DNA of 57,516 nt from contig DASUMP010000067.1 of assembly GCA_036277635.1 (NCBI GenBank), positions 1-57,516 of the forward strand. Direction: 5' to 3'. The DNA comes from Acidimicrobiia bacterium. Its GTDB lineage: Bacteria; Actinomycetota; Acidimicrobiia; IMCC26256; PALSA-610. The notes below the pieces were generated by a model. The model did not search any database. It was not told the DNA's origin and saw only the letters and a program-made list of their open reading frames with translations. Shown here piece by piece: positions 17,078 to 25,099 of the stretch; the stretch's first letter is position 1, and the number at the start of each line of letters is the position of its first letter. A program made the translations under genes and the position numbers.

Positions 17078-18051
17078 GGCGCCCTCCATGGTCGTTCCTC
17101 GGCACGCACGGCGAAGTAGAGCTCCTCGAGCGACGGCTGGCGCGGCTCGACGCGCGTGATGCGCACCCCGGCGGCAACGAGCGCGCCGACCAGCTCGGGG
17201 ACGCGTTCAGGTCGGTCGATGCCGACCGTGGCCACGCCGTCGCGGTGGTAGTTCACGACCCCCGGGAGCGCGGCGACCCGGTCGAGGCCGGCGGGGTCCT
17301 CGGCGTCGAGCACCACGACCGACGACGTGAAGTAGCGGCGGACGAGCTCGGCCGGCGCGCCGGCGACGAGCGTGTGCCCGCGGTCCATCACCATGATCCG
17401 GTCGGCGAGGCCCTCCGCCTCCAGCAGCAGATGGGTGCTCATCAGCACGGCGGTGCCGTCGGCCGTCAGCTCACGGATCAACGAGAGCACCGCGCGCGAC
17501 GACTCGGGGTCGAGTCCCGCCGTGGGCTCGTCGAGCAACAACAGCTCCGGACGGTGCAGCGTGGCGCGCGCCAGCGCGAGGCGCGCCCGCATCCCGGTCG
17601 AGTAGCCGCCGACGCGCCGCCCGAGCGCGTCGAGGATCCCGAACCGCGCCGCGGCGTGCTCGATCGCGACGTCGGGATCGCTCACCTCCCACAGGCTCGC
17701 GGCGTACCGGAGGTTGTCGTCGCCGGTGAGGCGGTCGTACAACGCCGGTCGCGCCGGAACGACCCCGCACCGTCGCCGGACCTCGGCGCCGTCGACCAGC
17801 GGATCCAGACCGAAGACCCGAACCGTCCCCGAGTCGGCGGGCAGCGCGCCGGTGACGACGCGCAGCGCGGTCGTCTTCCCCGCACCGTTCGGACCGAGCA
17901 GCATCGTCACAGTGCCCGGCGGCGCGTCGAGGCTGAACCCCGCGAGTGCGAGGACGTCACCGAACGAGCGCACGACGCGATCCAACGACACGACGGCGGT
18001 CACGACCGGCGAGGGTATGCGCGCCGCGCGGGGACTCCGGACCGCGCGCAC
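17074..18051 (-). CDS. ABC transporter ATP-binding protein (ABC-2/DrrA-like exporter ATPase)
   Basis: Walker A LLGPNGAGKTT, signature YSTGMRARLALA and Walker B LLLLDEPTAGLD. The true start may be an internal GTG near 18003. Confidence 0.85.
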   Translation of the reverse strand: MRAVRSPRAARIPSPVVTAVVSLDRVVRSFGDVLALAGFSLDAPPGTVTMLLGPNGAGKTTALRVVTGALPADSGTVRVFGLDPLVDGAEVRRRCGVVPARPALYDRLTGDDNLRYAASLWEVSDPDVAIEHAAARFGILDALGRRVGGYSTGMRARLALARATLHRPELLLLDEPTAGLDPESSRAVLSLIRELTADGTAVLMSTHLLLEAEGLADRIMVMDRGHTLVAGAPAELVRRYFTSSVVVLDAEDPAGLDRVAALPGVVNYHRDGVATVGIDRPERVPELVGALVAAGVRITRVEPRQPSLEELYFAVRAEERPWRAP

Positions 18052-18093
18052 GGACCGTGCGCGAGCGACGACGGACTACGCTGCCCGGTTCCT

Positions 18094-18165
18094 GGCGGCG
18101 TAGCCGAGTGGCTCAGGCAAGGGTCTGCAAAACCCTGGACGCGGGTTCAATTCCCGCCGCCGCCT
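18094..18165 (+). tRNA. tRNA-Cys: tRNA-Cys (anticodon GCA)
   Basis: Cloverleaf read by hand. Acceptor stem GGCGGCG/CGCCGCC, anticodon stem AGGGT/ACCCT with loop CTGCAAA, and T arm GCGGG-TTCAATT-CCCGC. No encoded CCA. Confidence 0.85.
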
Positions 18166-18248
18166 CTCTTCCGGCTGATCCCGTGGTGGTGGTGCGCCGG
18201 ACGTGCGATCGTCGACCTCCGAAGCGTCCGCGCGCCCCGACCCACGAA

Positions 18249-18275
18249 GGTTTCGGGGGTCGCGCGAGCGGGAAC
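18249..18275 (+). promoter_or_regulatory. SigF/SigB-type promoter candidate (GGTTT-N16-GGGAAC) upstream of a small membrane protein gene
   Basis: GGTTT at 18249-18253, a 16-nt spacer, then GGGAAC at 18270-18275, about 49 nt upstream of the ATG at 18324. Confidence 0.4.
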
Positions 18276-18323
18276 CGACGATGCACGAGGGCACGCCTGG
18301 TGCCCTGGCATCGGAGGAACACC

Positions 18324-18542
18324 ATGGGTATCGGAGTCAGCATCTTCTTCCTGGCGGTCGGCGCCATCCTCGCGTTCGCTGTGAACGCGGAGGTCTCCGG
18401 GCTCGAGCTCGAGACCGTCGGCTGGATCCTGATGGGGATCGGAGCGCTCGGCCTGCTCTTGTCGATGGTCTTCTGGAGCACGTGGGGAGGCTTCAGCGGT
18501 GGGCGTCGCGAGGTCGTGACGCACCGCGAAGAAGTGATCTGA
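18324..18542 (+). CDS. Small two-TM membrane protein (DUF6458-like)
   Basis: 72 aa, MGIGVSIFFLAVGAILAFAV...WILMGIGALGLLLSMVFW. GGAGGA RBS 6 nt upstream. In frame inside track ORF 17946..18542. Confidence 0.7.
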   Translation: MGIGVSIFFLAVGAILAFAVNAEVSGLELETVGWILMGIGALGLLLSMVFWSTWGGFSGGRREVVTHREEVI

Positions 18543-18577
18543 CAACGCGCTCGCGACGCGAGCGTGCGTGCACCGAC

Positions 18578-18605
18578 GTGTCCCGGGCCGGGTGGGCCGG
18601 GACAC
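18578..18605. terminator. Bidirectional hairpin between convergent genes
   Basis: GTGTCCCGG-(10 nt loop)-CCGGGACAC, a 9-bp stem. It lies between the stop at 18542 (+) and the stop at 18646 (-). There is no clear T-tract, which is usual in GC-rich actinobacteria. Confidence 0.45.
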
Positions 18606-18645
18606 GTTCGCGTCTGGCGCCGGCTGCCCGCGCTGACCGAGACGA

Positions 18646-19434
18646 TCAGTCGTCGCGGTCGCGGTCGTCGTCGTCGAGGACGCCCCGCAGCTCGGCGAGG
18701 CTGCGACGGAGCAGGCGGGACACGTGCATCTGGCTGATCCCGAGCTCGGCGGCGATCTCGCTCTGGGTCAGGTCCTCGAAGAAGCGCAGCCGCACGATCG
18801 TGGCCTCGCGCTCGGGGAGCGTGGCGAGGAGCTGGTCGAGCAAGACACCCCGTTCGGTGTCGGCGGAAGGGTCGTGTCCCATGCGGCGTTCGATCGGTGA
18901 ACGGTCGTCATCGGTCGAGAACGCGGACATCGGCGTCGCTCGGTACGCCGCCGCCGCTTCCATCGCTGTGAGCACGTCGTCGGTGCTCACGTCGAGATGC
19001 GCGGCCAGCTCGGGCAGCGTCGGCGTGCGCCCGAGGCGCTGGTGCAGCGTGTCCGTCGCGGCGTGTAGCTGCATGCGCAGCTCCTGCGCCCGACGGGGAA
19101 CGCGCACCGACCAGGTCTTGTCGCGGAAGTGCCGCTTGAGCTCGCCGGTGATGGTCGGGCTGGCGAACCCGATGAACGCGATCCCTCGCTCGGGGTCGAA
19201 CCGTTCGACCGCCTTCAGCAAGCCGAGGGTCGCGACCTGGACGAGATCGTCGAGGGGCTCGCCGCGGTCGGCGTACTGACGGGCGAGCCGTTCGGCGATG
19301 CCGCGGTGCTCCTCGACGAGCGCGTTGCGCAGGCGCCGATCACCGGTGCGCCGGTACTCGACGAACCGGGCGAGGACCTGAGCGTCGAGCTCGGCTCGTT
19401 CCGCGAGCGCATCCTCACCGGAGCCGCGACCCAT
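18646..19434 (-). CDS. Group 3 RNA polymerase sigma factor, SigF/SigB-like
   Basis: Internal start MGRGSGEDALAERAEL within track ORF 18646..19677. Region 2 is LVQVATLGLLKAVERFDPERG, and region 4 HTH is TQSEIAAELGISQMHVSRLLRRSL. Confidence 0.85.
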   Translation of the reverse strand: MGRGSGEDALAERAELDAQVLARFVEYRRTGDRRLRNALVEEHRGIAERLARQYADRGEPLDDLVQVATLGLLKAVERFDPERGIAFIGFASPTITGELKRHFRDKTWSVRVPRRAQELRMQLHAATDTLHQRLGRTPTLPELAAHLDVSTDDVLTAMEAAAAYRATPMSAFSTDDDRSPIERRMGHDPSADTERGVLLDQLLATLPEREATIVRLRFFEDLTQSEIAAELGISQMHVSRLLRRSLAELRGVLDDDDRDRDD

Positions 19435-19439
19435 CGGAC

Positions 19440-19823
19440 TCAGGCGTGCTGTCGGGTCTTGCGCAGCGTGAAGTACGCGGTGCCGTCGCCGTCGACCCCG
19501 AGGTCGTGTGCGTCGGCGACCGTGGACAGGATCTGCGCGGTCAGCAGCGAGATCTCGGGCGGTGCGGTACCGGCGTCGACGCGAGCGGTGCCGCGCACCA
19601 ACAGTGTCGCCTCGTCGACGACTTCGTAGGCGAGGCTGAGCGACTCGGAGGCCCCGTGTTCGAGCAGCAGCACGCACAGCTCGTCGACCGCGATGCGAAG
19701 GTCTTCGATCTCGTCGAGGTCGAACGCGAGGCGTCCGGCGATGCCGGACGCGACGAGCCGGGCCAGCTGGACGTGTTCGGTGCTCGCCGGGATGACGAGT
19801 GTCACGGCATCGGTCACGAGCAC
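19440..19823 (-). CDS. Anti-sigma factor (RsbW/UsfX/SpoIIAB-like HATPase-fold protein)
   Basis: 127 aa, located immediately upstream of the sigma gene (5-nt gap). Contains LVIPASTEHVQLARLVASGIAGRLAFDLDEIEDLRIAVDELC, typical of anti-sigma regulatory factors. Confidence 0.7.
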   Translation of the reverse strand: MLVTDAVTLVIPASTEHVQLARLVASGIAGRLAFDLDEIEDLRIAVDELCVLLLEHGASESLSLAYEVVDEATLLVRGTARVDAGTAPPEISLLTAQILSTVADAHDLGVDGDGTAYFTLRKTRQHA

Positions 19824-19927
19824 TGCCGTCCTGTTCGGATCACGGTTGCTGTCGAGACGCTATCCGACCCACGTGTCGCGCGCGGACGCTCGTTGCAGCG
19901 CTCCGCAGTGTCGGAAGTCGCAGACGA

Positions 19928-20071
19928 TCAGGTGAACACGCTCACGCCGCCGGGCCCGATGAGGAGCCCGATGACCACGAGCACGATCCCGTACAACACG
20001 GCGCCTCGGACCGCGGCGACGATGCCCGCCACGACCAGGATCACCGCGAGAAGCCAGAGCAAGAACGCCAT
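19928..20071 (-). CDS. GPGG-motif small membrane protein (47 aa)
   Basis: Below the track length cutoff. Hand translation gives MAFLLWLLAVILVVAGIVAAVRGAVLYGIVLVVIGLLIGPGGVSVFT. Lies upstream of the anti-sigma/sigma genes on the same strand. Confidence 0.55.
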   Translation of the reverse strand: MAFLLWLLAVILVVAGIVAAVRGAVLYGIVLVVIGLLIGPGGVSVFT

Positions 20072-20136
20072 GTCGCTTCGCCTCTCGTCGCTCACCCAGC
20101 GCTGCTGGGGAGGTCGGTGTCGGATGCACCCGTGCG

Positions 20137-20163
20137 GTACCCAGCGTGGAACGGAGCGAAACC
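20137..20163 (-). promoter_or_regulatory. SigF/SigB-type promoter candidate (GGTTT-N16-GGGTAC) reading toward GPGG-antisigma-sigma genes
   Basis: The minus strand reads GGTTT cgctccgttccacgct GGGTAC. The -10-like element ends about 65 nt upstream of the ATG at 20071. Confidence 0.5.
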
Positions 20164-20259
20164 GGCGCTAGCATCTCGGGGTCCACCCGTCGTCGGACGC
20201 CGGCGCGTCGCGATCGAGTCGTGATCGCGCCGGCGGTTCGTACCCGCCCGGGAGTCCGA

Positions 20260-20556
20260 GTGCAGATCGACGTCCAAGAGAGCAGCGGCAACGTGGTCGT
20301 CGCGGTGGTCGGTGAGATCGACGCGCACACCTGTGGCGATCTCGCGGCTGCGCTCGAGCGGGTGATCGAGAGCGGGGCGCAGGCGGTCACCCTCGACGTC
20401 GCCGGGGTCGAGTTCATCGACTCGTCCGGGTTGCGGGTCCTGATCCAGGCCAACGAGCGCCTCGAGCCGGGTCGACTCGGTCTGCGGGCACCGAACGAGA
20501 CGTTCCGGCGCCTCCTCGAGATCACCGGTCTGCACGACGTCTTCCCGACGGAGTGA
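20260..20556 (+). CDS. Anti-sigma factor antagonist (STAS domain, RsbV/SpoIIAA-like)
   Basis: GTG start in frame within track ORF 20146..20556. Contains VVAVVGEIDAHTCGDLAAAL, and FIDSSGLRVLI holds the conserved phosphorylatable Ser context (DSSGL). Confidence 0.8.
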   Translation: MQIDVQESSGNVVVAVVGEIDAHTCGDLAAALERVIESGAQAVTLDVAGVEFIDSSGLRVLIQANERLEPGRLGLRAPNETFRRLLEITGLHDVFPTE

Positions 20557-20576
20557 CCCCGGGCGACCCGCGGCAC

Positions 20577-21083
20577 TCAGCGGGCGGGGTTCTCGTCGTC
20601 TCGGCTGAAGCTCACGAGCGGCATGTACAGCCAGGTCCACGTCATCAACGCGCCGACCAGTGTGACGCCGATCGTGGCGACGGTGTCGTCGAAGACGAGT
20701 GACGTCACGAGGAACGACGACGCGATCAGCGCGACTCCGAACGCGCCGGTTCCGGCGATGCTGAGGTGGACCGCGGTCATGAGGTGGCGGTACGAACGCC
20801 GAGCGACGCCGTCGATCGGCGCTCGCATGCGCTGGTGCACGCTCGGTGCGATCAGGAGCACCGACGCGATCGCCGCGGTCACGAACGACAGGTAGTACAC
20901 GTTTTCCTGCGTCTCGGTGAGGTCGGCGAAGCGCGACTGGAAGGGGAGCGCGAGCAAGAACGCGAACAGCACCTGGACCCCGGGGAGGGTGGTGCGCAGA
21001 CCCTCGAGGAGCGAGCGGAACCGCTCTTCGACTTCTTCGTCGGATGCGGGGGGATGCGTCGAGCCGGTGGCCATGGGCCGCAC
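20577..21083 (-). CDS. Integral membrane protein (DUF6328-like)
   Basis: 168 aa. Contains LLEGLRTTLPGVQVLFAFLLALPFQSRF plus further TM segments. The start may be the ATG at 21074 instead of the GTG at 21083. Confidence 0.65.
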   Translation of the reverse strand: MRPMATGSTHPPASDEEVEERFRSLLEGLRTTLPGVQVLFAFLLALPFQSRFADLTETQENVYYLSFVTAAIASVLLIAPSVHQRMRAPIDGVARRSYRHLMTAVHLSIAGTGAFGVALIASSFLVTSLVFDDTVATIGVTLVGALMTWTWLYMPLVSFSRDDENPAR

Positions 21084-21109
21084 CTACCCACCGCGCCGGC
21101 GTCGCAACC
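21084..21109 (-). promoter_or_regulatory. SigF/SigB-type promoter candidate (GGTTG-N15-GGGTAG) abutting the DUF6328-like gene start
   Basis: The minus strand reads GGTTG cgacgccggcgcggt GGGTAG directly before GTG 21083/ATG 21074. This would give a leaderless or near-leaderless mRNA starting at the 21074 ATG. Confidence 0.35.
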
Positions 21110-21117
21110 GCGCGCCG

Positions 21118-21912
21118 TCAGATCTCCGGGGTCGGCACGGTGAAGGCGGGGTGCTCGACGCCACCGTCGACTTCCAGCACCTTGCCGGTGACCCACGACG
21201 CGGCGGGGGACGCCAAGTAGACGACCGCCGCCGCGATGTCGTCGACCGTGCCCACGCGTCGCATCGGCGTGTTCTCCTCCAGCTGGCGTCGTACCGACTC
21301 GTCGGTGAGGACCATCTCCAACGCCGACGTTTCCACCCCGCCGACCTCGATCGCGTTGATCCGCACCTTCGGTGCGAGCTCGGGTGCCATGAGTCGGGTC
21401 ATGAACGACAGCGCGGCCTTCGCGGTCCCGTACGCGGTGAACGCGGGCTGCACCATGCTCGCGGCGCGCGAAGAGATGTTGACGATCGCGCCACCCCCGG
21501 CGGTCTCGATCATCCGAGGCACCGCGAGTCGGGTGAGCAGGAACGCGCTCGTCACGTTGAAGCGCAGCGCCGCCTCGAAGTTCTTCTCGCTCGTCTGGAG
21601 CAGCGGGACGGGCAACCAGCCACCCGCGTTGTTCACCAGGATGTCGAGTCGCCCGAAGCGCGCGACGGTGGTGTCAATGAGACGTTCGAGATCGTCGTGT
21701 GCGGTGACGTCGCAGACGACGGCGAGCGCGTCGCGGCCGCGTGCGCGCACGTGCGCGGCGGTCTCGTCGATCTGCTGCTGGGTGCGCGCCGCACACACCA
21801 CGTGCGCACCCGCGTCGGCGAGGGCTCGCGCACACCCAGCGCCGATGCCGCGACCGGCGCCGGTCACGATCGCGACCTGATCCGTGACGGCGAAGCGGTC
21901 GAGGATCGACAT
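21118..21912 (-). CDS. Short-chain dehydrogenase/reductase (classical SDR)
   Basis: Internal start MSILDRFAVTDQVAIVTGAGRGIG with a GGAGG RBS. Has NNAG and the catalytic YGTAKAA. Confidence 0.85.
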   Translation of the reverse strand: MSILDRFAVTDQVAIVTGAGRGIGAGCARALADAGAHVVCAARTQQQIDETAAHVRARGRDALAVVCDVTAHDDLERLIDTTVARFGRLDILVNNAGGWLPVPLLQTSEKNFEAALRFNVTSAFLLTRLAVPRMIETAGGGAIVNISSRAASMVQPAFTAYGTAKAALSFMTRLMAPELAPKVRINAIEVGGVETSALEMVLTDESVRRQLEENTPMRRVGTVDDIAAAVVYLASPAASWVTGKVLEVDGGVEHPAFTVPTPEI

Positions 21913-22006
21913 CGGAGCCTCCGGACGGGCGGGCGAGGGCCGTCGGACGGTAGCCGGGAGCCCCGCGCGACCCGGTGGTGGACAGCCGGGCTGGGCACCA
22001 CTAAAT

Positions 22007-22020
22007 TGAAACACGTTCTA
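22007..22020. promoter_or_regulatory. KstR-consensus-like operator (TnnAACnnGTTnnA)
   Basis: TGAAACACGTTCTA sits in an unusually AT-rich patch of the 157-bp divergent region between the SDR (21912, -) and the LLM oxidoreductase (22070, +). Confidence 0.45.
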
Positions 22021-22069
22021 AAACGGTGGACGGCCGACGGCGGCCGGGACGCGTGAGCGAGGGCGGGCG

Positions 22070-23212
22070 ATGGGTCTCGAGTTCGGTCTGTTCTTGGGGG
22101 GCTACGTCCCCCGCTTGTTGAGCGGGAATCCCGTCTTCACCGAGCACGATCGCATCATGAGCGAGCTGCGCCTCTGCGAGGTCGCCGATCAACACGCGTG
22201 GAAGTACGCGTGGTTCACCGAGCACCACTTCCTCACCGAGTACTCGCACATCTCCGCGAACGAAGTGCTGATGCCGTACATCGCAGGTCGCACCGAACGC
22301 ATCCACGTCGGCAGCGGCATCATCAACATCACGCCCCCCGTCAACCACCCGGCGCGTGTCGCCGAGCGCGTCGCGATGATCGACCACATCTCCGGGGGCC
22401 GCTTCGAGTTCGGGACCGGGCGCGGATCCTCGACCACCGAGCAGGCCGGGTTCGGGATCACGGATCCCGAGCTCACGAAGGAGATGTTCGACGAGGTCGT
22501 CGGTGAGTTCAAGAAGATGTGGCGCGACGGCGAGTACTCGTTCGACGGGCGCTTCTTCTCGATGCCGTCCCGCAACGTCCTGCCCAAGCCGCACGTGAAG
22601 CCCCATCCTCCGATGTGGGTCGCGGCCGGGAACCCGGGCACGTTCGAGAAGGCCGCCCGGATGGGCCTCGGCGTCTTGTGCTTCACCGGTGGCTCGCCCG
22701 AGAAGATGGCGCCCCTCGTGGAGCTCTACAAGAAGACGATCGCCGACGCGGAGCCGGTCGGCGAGTACGTGAACAACAACGTCGCGGTCACGACGAGCTT
22801 CATGTGCTTGGAGGACAGCGGCGAAGCGCGCGAGTGGATGTCGCGGTCGGGGAACGGCCGCCAGCAGTCGCTCGTGTTCAAGTACCTCGACACCTTCCCG
22901 AGGCCCCCGTGGGTGCCCGAGTGGCCGACGGAGATCGCGGATCCGACCCTCGAGCAGATCGCGGCCGGCGCCGAGACCGGCGCCGCGATCGTCGGGACGC
23001 CCGACGAGTGCGCGGCGGGTGTCCAGAAGTGGGTCGACATCGGCGTCGACCAGCTCATCATGGGTCCGTCGGGCAGCGAGTACCCGCACGACCTGCTCGA
23101 ACGGGCGGTGAAGCTCTTCGGCGACGAGGTGATCCCACGCTTCGACACCGACCCCGAGCCCTCGACCGCCCGGTACCGCCGCGAGGCCGCGGCGCGGCTC
23201 GGCGTGGGCTAG
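22070..23212 (+). CDS. LLM-class flavin-dependent oxidoreductase (luciferase-like monooxygenase)
   Basis: 380 aa. Contains WFTEHHFLTEYSH, RIHVGSGIINI and GRFEFGTGRGSS, typical of bacterial luciferase-like proteins. Confidence 0.8.
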   Translation: MGLEFGLFLGGYVPRLLSGNPVFTEHDRIMSELRLCEVADQHAWKYAWFTEHHFLTEYSHISANEVLMPYIAGRTERIHVGSGIINITPPVNHPARVAERVAMIDHISGGRFEFGTGRGSSTTEQAGFGITDPELTKEMFDEVVGEFKKMWRDGEYSFDGRFFSMPSRNVLPKPHVKPHPPMWVAAGNPGTFEKAARMGLGVLCFTGGSPEKMAPLVELYKKTIADAEPVGEYVNNNVAVTTSFMCLEDSGEAREWMSRSGNGRQQSLVFKYLDTFPRPPWVPEWPTEIADPTLEQIAAGAETGAAIVGTPDECAAGVQKWVDIGVDQLIMGPSGSEYPHDLLERAVKLFGDEVIPRFDTDPEPSTARYRREAAARLGVG

Positions 23213-23250
23213 TCGGGCGCGCGGGCGCGCTCGGCTGGCACGATGCGCTC

Positions 23251-23811
23251 GTGAGCGCGATCGACGACGCCGGACGCGACGACACGATCGACCCGTCCGA
23301 CGAGCTCGCGCTCCGAGCGTCGCTCCGGGCGGAGTGGCGGGCCGAGCAGGAAGCGCTCATCGACGACGCAGCCGAGGAGTGGCGGCACCAGCGCACGCTC
23401 GCGGAGGTCGCTCGGGAGTGCATGCACCGCGGCGACCGTGTCCGCGTCGTCGTGCGCGGTCACCAGCTGCACGGGGAGGTGCTCGAGGTCGGACACGACC
23501 TCCTCTCGCTGCGAACGGCGACCGGGCGCGTCGATGTGCACCTCGACGCGAGCGTGCCGGTGCTCGTGCAACCCGAGCGCGCGAAGAGCGGTGGCGCCCG
23601 CGACGTCGCGGGCGCGGGATCGTTCCGCAGTGCGTTGCTCGCACGGGAGACGAACGGCCCCGTCGTGCTCGGGACCACGATCGCCGACGACGCTCTCGAA
23701 GGGCGCCTCGTCGTCGGTCACGACCACGTGTGTGTGATCGACGACGAGCGCGAGACGTTCGTGCCGATCAGCGCGATCACGTTCGTGGGATCGCGCTCCG
23801 TTGCGCGGTGA
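23251..23811 (+). CDS. Hypothetical protein (186 aa)
   Basis: GTG start in frame within track ORF 22519..23811. Balanced composition. Two similar beta-rich segments (RVRVVVRGHQLHGEVLEVGHDLLSLR and VVLGTTIADDALEGRLVVGHDHVCVI). No family recognised. Confidence 0.45.
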   Translation: MSAIDDAGRDDTIDPSDELALRASLRAEWRAEQEALIDDAAEEWRHQRTLAEVARECMHRGDRVRVVVRGHQLHGEVLEVGHDLLSLRTATGRVDVHLDASVPVLVQPERAKSGGARDVAGAGSFRSALLARETNGPVVLGTTIADDALEGRLVVGHDHVCVIDDERETFVPISAITFVGSRSVAR

Positions 23812-23820
23812 TGGCTGTCG

Positions 23821-24678
23821 TCAGCGCCCGGTGGATCGGATCAGGTCCTCGGAGACGTCCCAGAGTCGCCGCGCCGCCGCGTCGTCGCGCGCCGCGGTCG
23901 AGGGCCGCACCGGCCGACACTTCACGAAGTACTCACCGGTCGTCGCCGCGAGCTCGGGTGCGCTGGCGAGGTGGATCGAGGTGCGTGCTCCCGCCGCCGC
24001 GCTGATCGCGAACGGGCGTCCGATCACGACGCCGACATTGCCCATGAGATCGGTGTCGCCGTCTCGCGCGAAGCGACTCGCCACGTTGCCGGGGTGCAGC
24101 GAGTTCGCGGTGACGCCGGTTCCCGCCAAGCGTCGCGCGAGCTCGCGGGCCATGAGGATGTTCGCGAGCTTGGAGCGTCCGTAGGCGACGAAGCCGCGGT
24201 AGCGCCGCTCGTTCTGCAGGTCGTCGAAGTCGAGTCCGTCACGGGCGAACTTGTGCGCGACCGACGAGACGTTGACGATCCGAGCCGGAGCGCTCGCGCG
24301 GAGCCGATCGAGCAGGCGGGACGTGAGCAGGAAGTGCCCGAGGTGGTTGACGCCGAACGTCGTCTCGAAGCCTTCGGCGGTGGTGGTGCGTCGCTTCAGG
24401 ATGAGCCCGGCGTTGTTGACGAGCACGTGCACGGCGGCGTGATCGGCGAGCACGCGATCCGCGAAGCGGTCGATCGAGGCGAAGCTCGCCAGGTCGAGGT
24501 CGGCCAGCTCGAAGCTCGCGCCACCGGCGCGTTCGCGGGCGTTCGCCAGCGCCTGCGCGCCGCGGTGGGGATCGCGCGCGCAGAGGACGACATGGGCACC
24601 CATCTGCCCGAGCTCGACGGCTGTCTCGAAACCGATGCCGCTGTTCGCGCCGGTGACGATGACGACGCGACCGATCAT
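23821..24678 (-). CDS. Short-chain dehydrogenase/reductase (retinol-dehydrogenase/WWOX-like SDR)
   Basis: Internal start MIGRVVIVTGANSGIGFETA. Has NNAG and the catalytic YGRSKLAN. Confidence 0.85.
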   Translation of the reverse strand: MIGRVVIVTGANSGIGFETAVELGQMGAHVVLCARDPHRGAQALANARERAGGASFELADLDLASFASIDRFADRVLADHAAVHVLVNNAGLILKRRTTTAEGFETTFGVNHLGHFLLTSRLLDRLRASAPARIVNVSSVAHKFARDGLDFDDLQNERRYRGFVAYGRSKLANILMARELARRLAGTGVTANSLHPGNVASRFARDGDTDLMGNVGVVIGRPFAISAAAGARTSIHLASAPELAATTGEYFVKCRPVRPSTAARDDAAARRLWDVSEDLIRSTGR

Positions 24679-24695
24679 CGGCGCGTCGACGCGGG

Positions 24696-25031
24696 TCAGG
24701 GTCGGCTCGTTCGCTGTTCGGCCGACGGCGACCGGTCGTTGCCGGGTTGGCTCCGCACCCACTCGATCAGCTCGTCGCGATGGAACCGGATCTCGCGACC
24801 CCCCGGGAACCGGTGGGCCGGGATGCGGTGCTCGCGCACCATGCGCCGTAGGTACTCGACGTGCACGTGCAGCAGCTCGGCGGCCATGGCCGTCGTGAGG
24901 ATCGGGGGGTAGTGGCTCGCGTCCCCGGCGGCCGCAGGTGGGCGCACCTCGTGATCGTCGGCTGCAGGGGTCACACGGACAACGGTACCCGCACCGCACG
25001 TCGGGGACGCGGATAGGGCACCGCTGGACAC
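24696..25031 (-). CDS. Excisionase-family helix-turn-helix DNA-binding protein
   Basis: LTTAMAAELLHVHVEYLRRMVREHRIPAHRFPGGREIRFHRDELIEWV matches the HTH_17/excisionase-type pattern. The N-terminal extent is uncertain. Divergent from the tad operon. Confidence 0.65.
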   Translation of the reverse strand: MSSGALSASPTCGAGTVVRVTPAADDHEVRPPAAAGDASHYPPILTTAMAAELLHVHVEYLRRMVREHRIPAHRFPGGREIRFHRDELIEWVRSQPGNDRSPSAEQRTSRP

Positions 25032-25044
25032 CGAGAAGCAGTGT

Positions 25045-25099
25045 CACAGGAGATAACACAGGTTACGACTTGCAATCACAGGATGGCACATGCTGTGAT
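25045..25099. promoter_or_regulatory. Repeat-rich AT-enriched control region upstream of the tad operon
   Basis: CACAGG occurs three times (25045, 25057, 25077). There is also a 7-bp inverted repeat ATCACAG-N11-CTGTGAT (25075-25099). Confidence 0.4.

Noticed and set aside
20221-20259. SigF-type promoter for the STAS antagonist gene (GGTTC ... GGGAGT)
   Set aside because: The spacer is only 10 nt, and the GGGAG more plausibly serves as the RBS for the GTG at 20260.
18052-21117. tRNA-Cys-adjacent genomic island or prophage remnant
   Set aside because: No integrase, recombinase, direct repeat of the tRNA 3' end, or compositional shift is visible. The neighbouring genes form a coherent sigma-factor module.
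25045-25099. CRISPR-like or tandem repeat array
   Set aside because: The repeats are only 6-7 nt long and irregularly spaced (12 and 20 nt) in a promoter region. No CRISPR array or cas gene occurs anywhere in the window.
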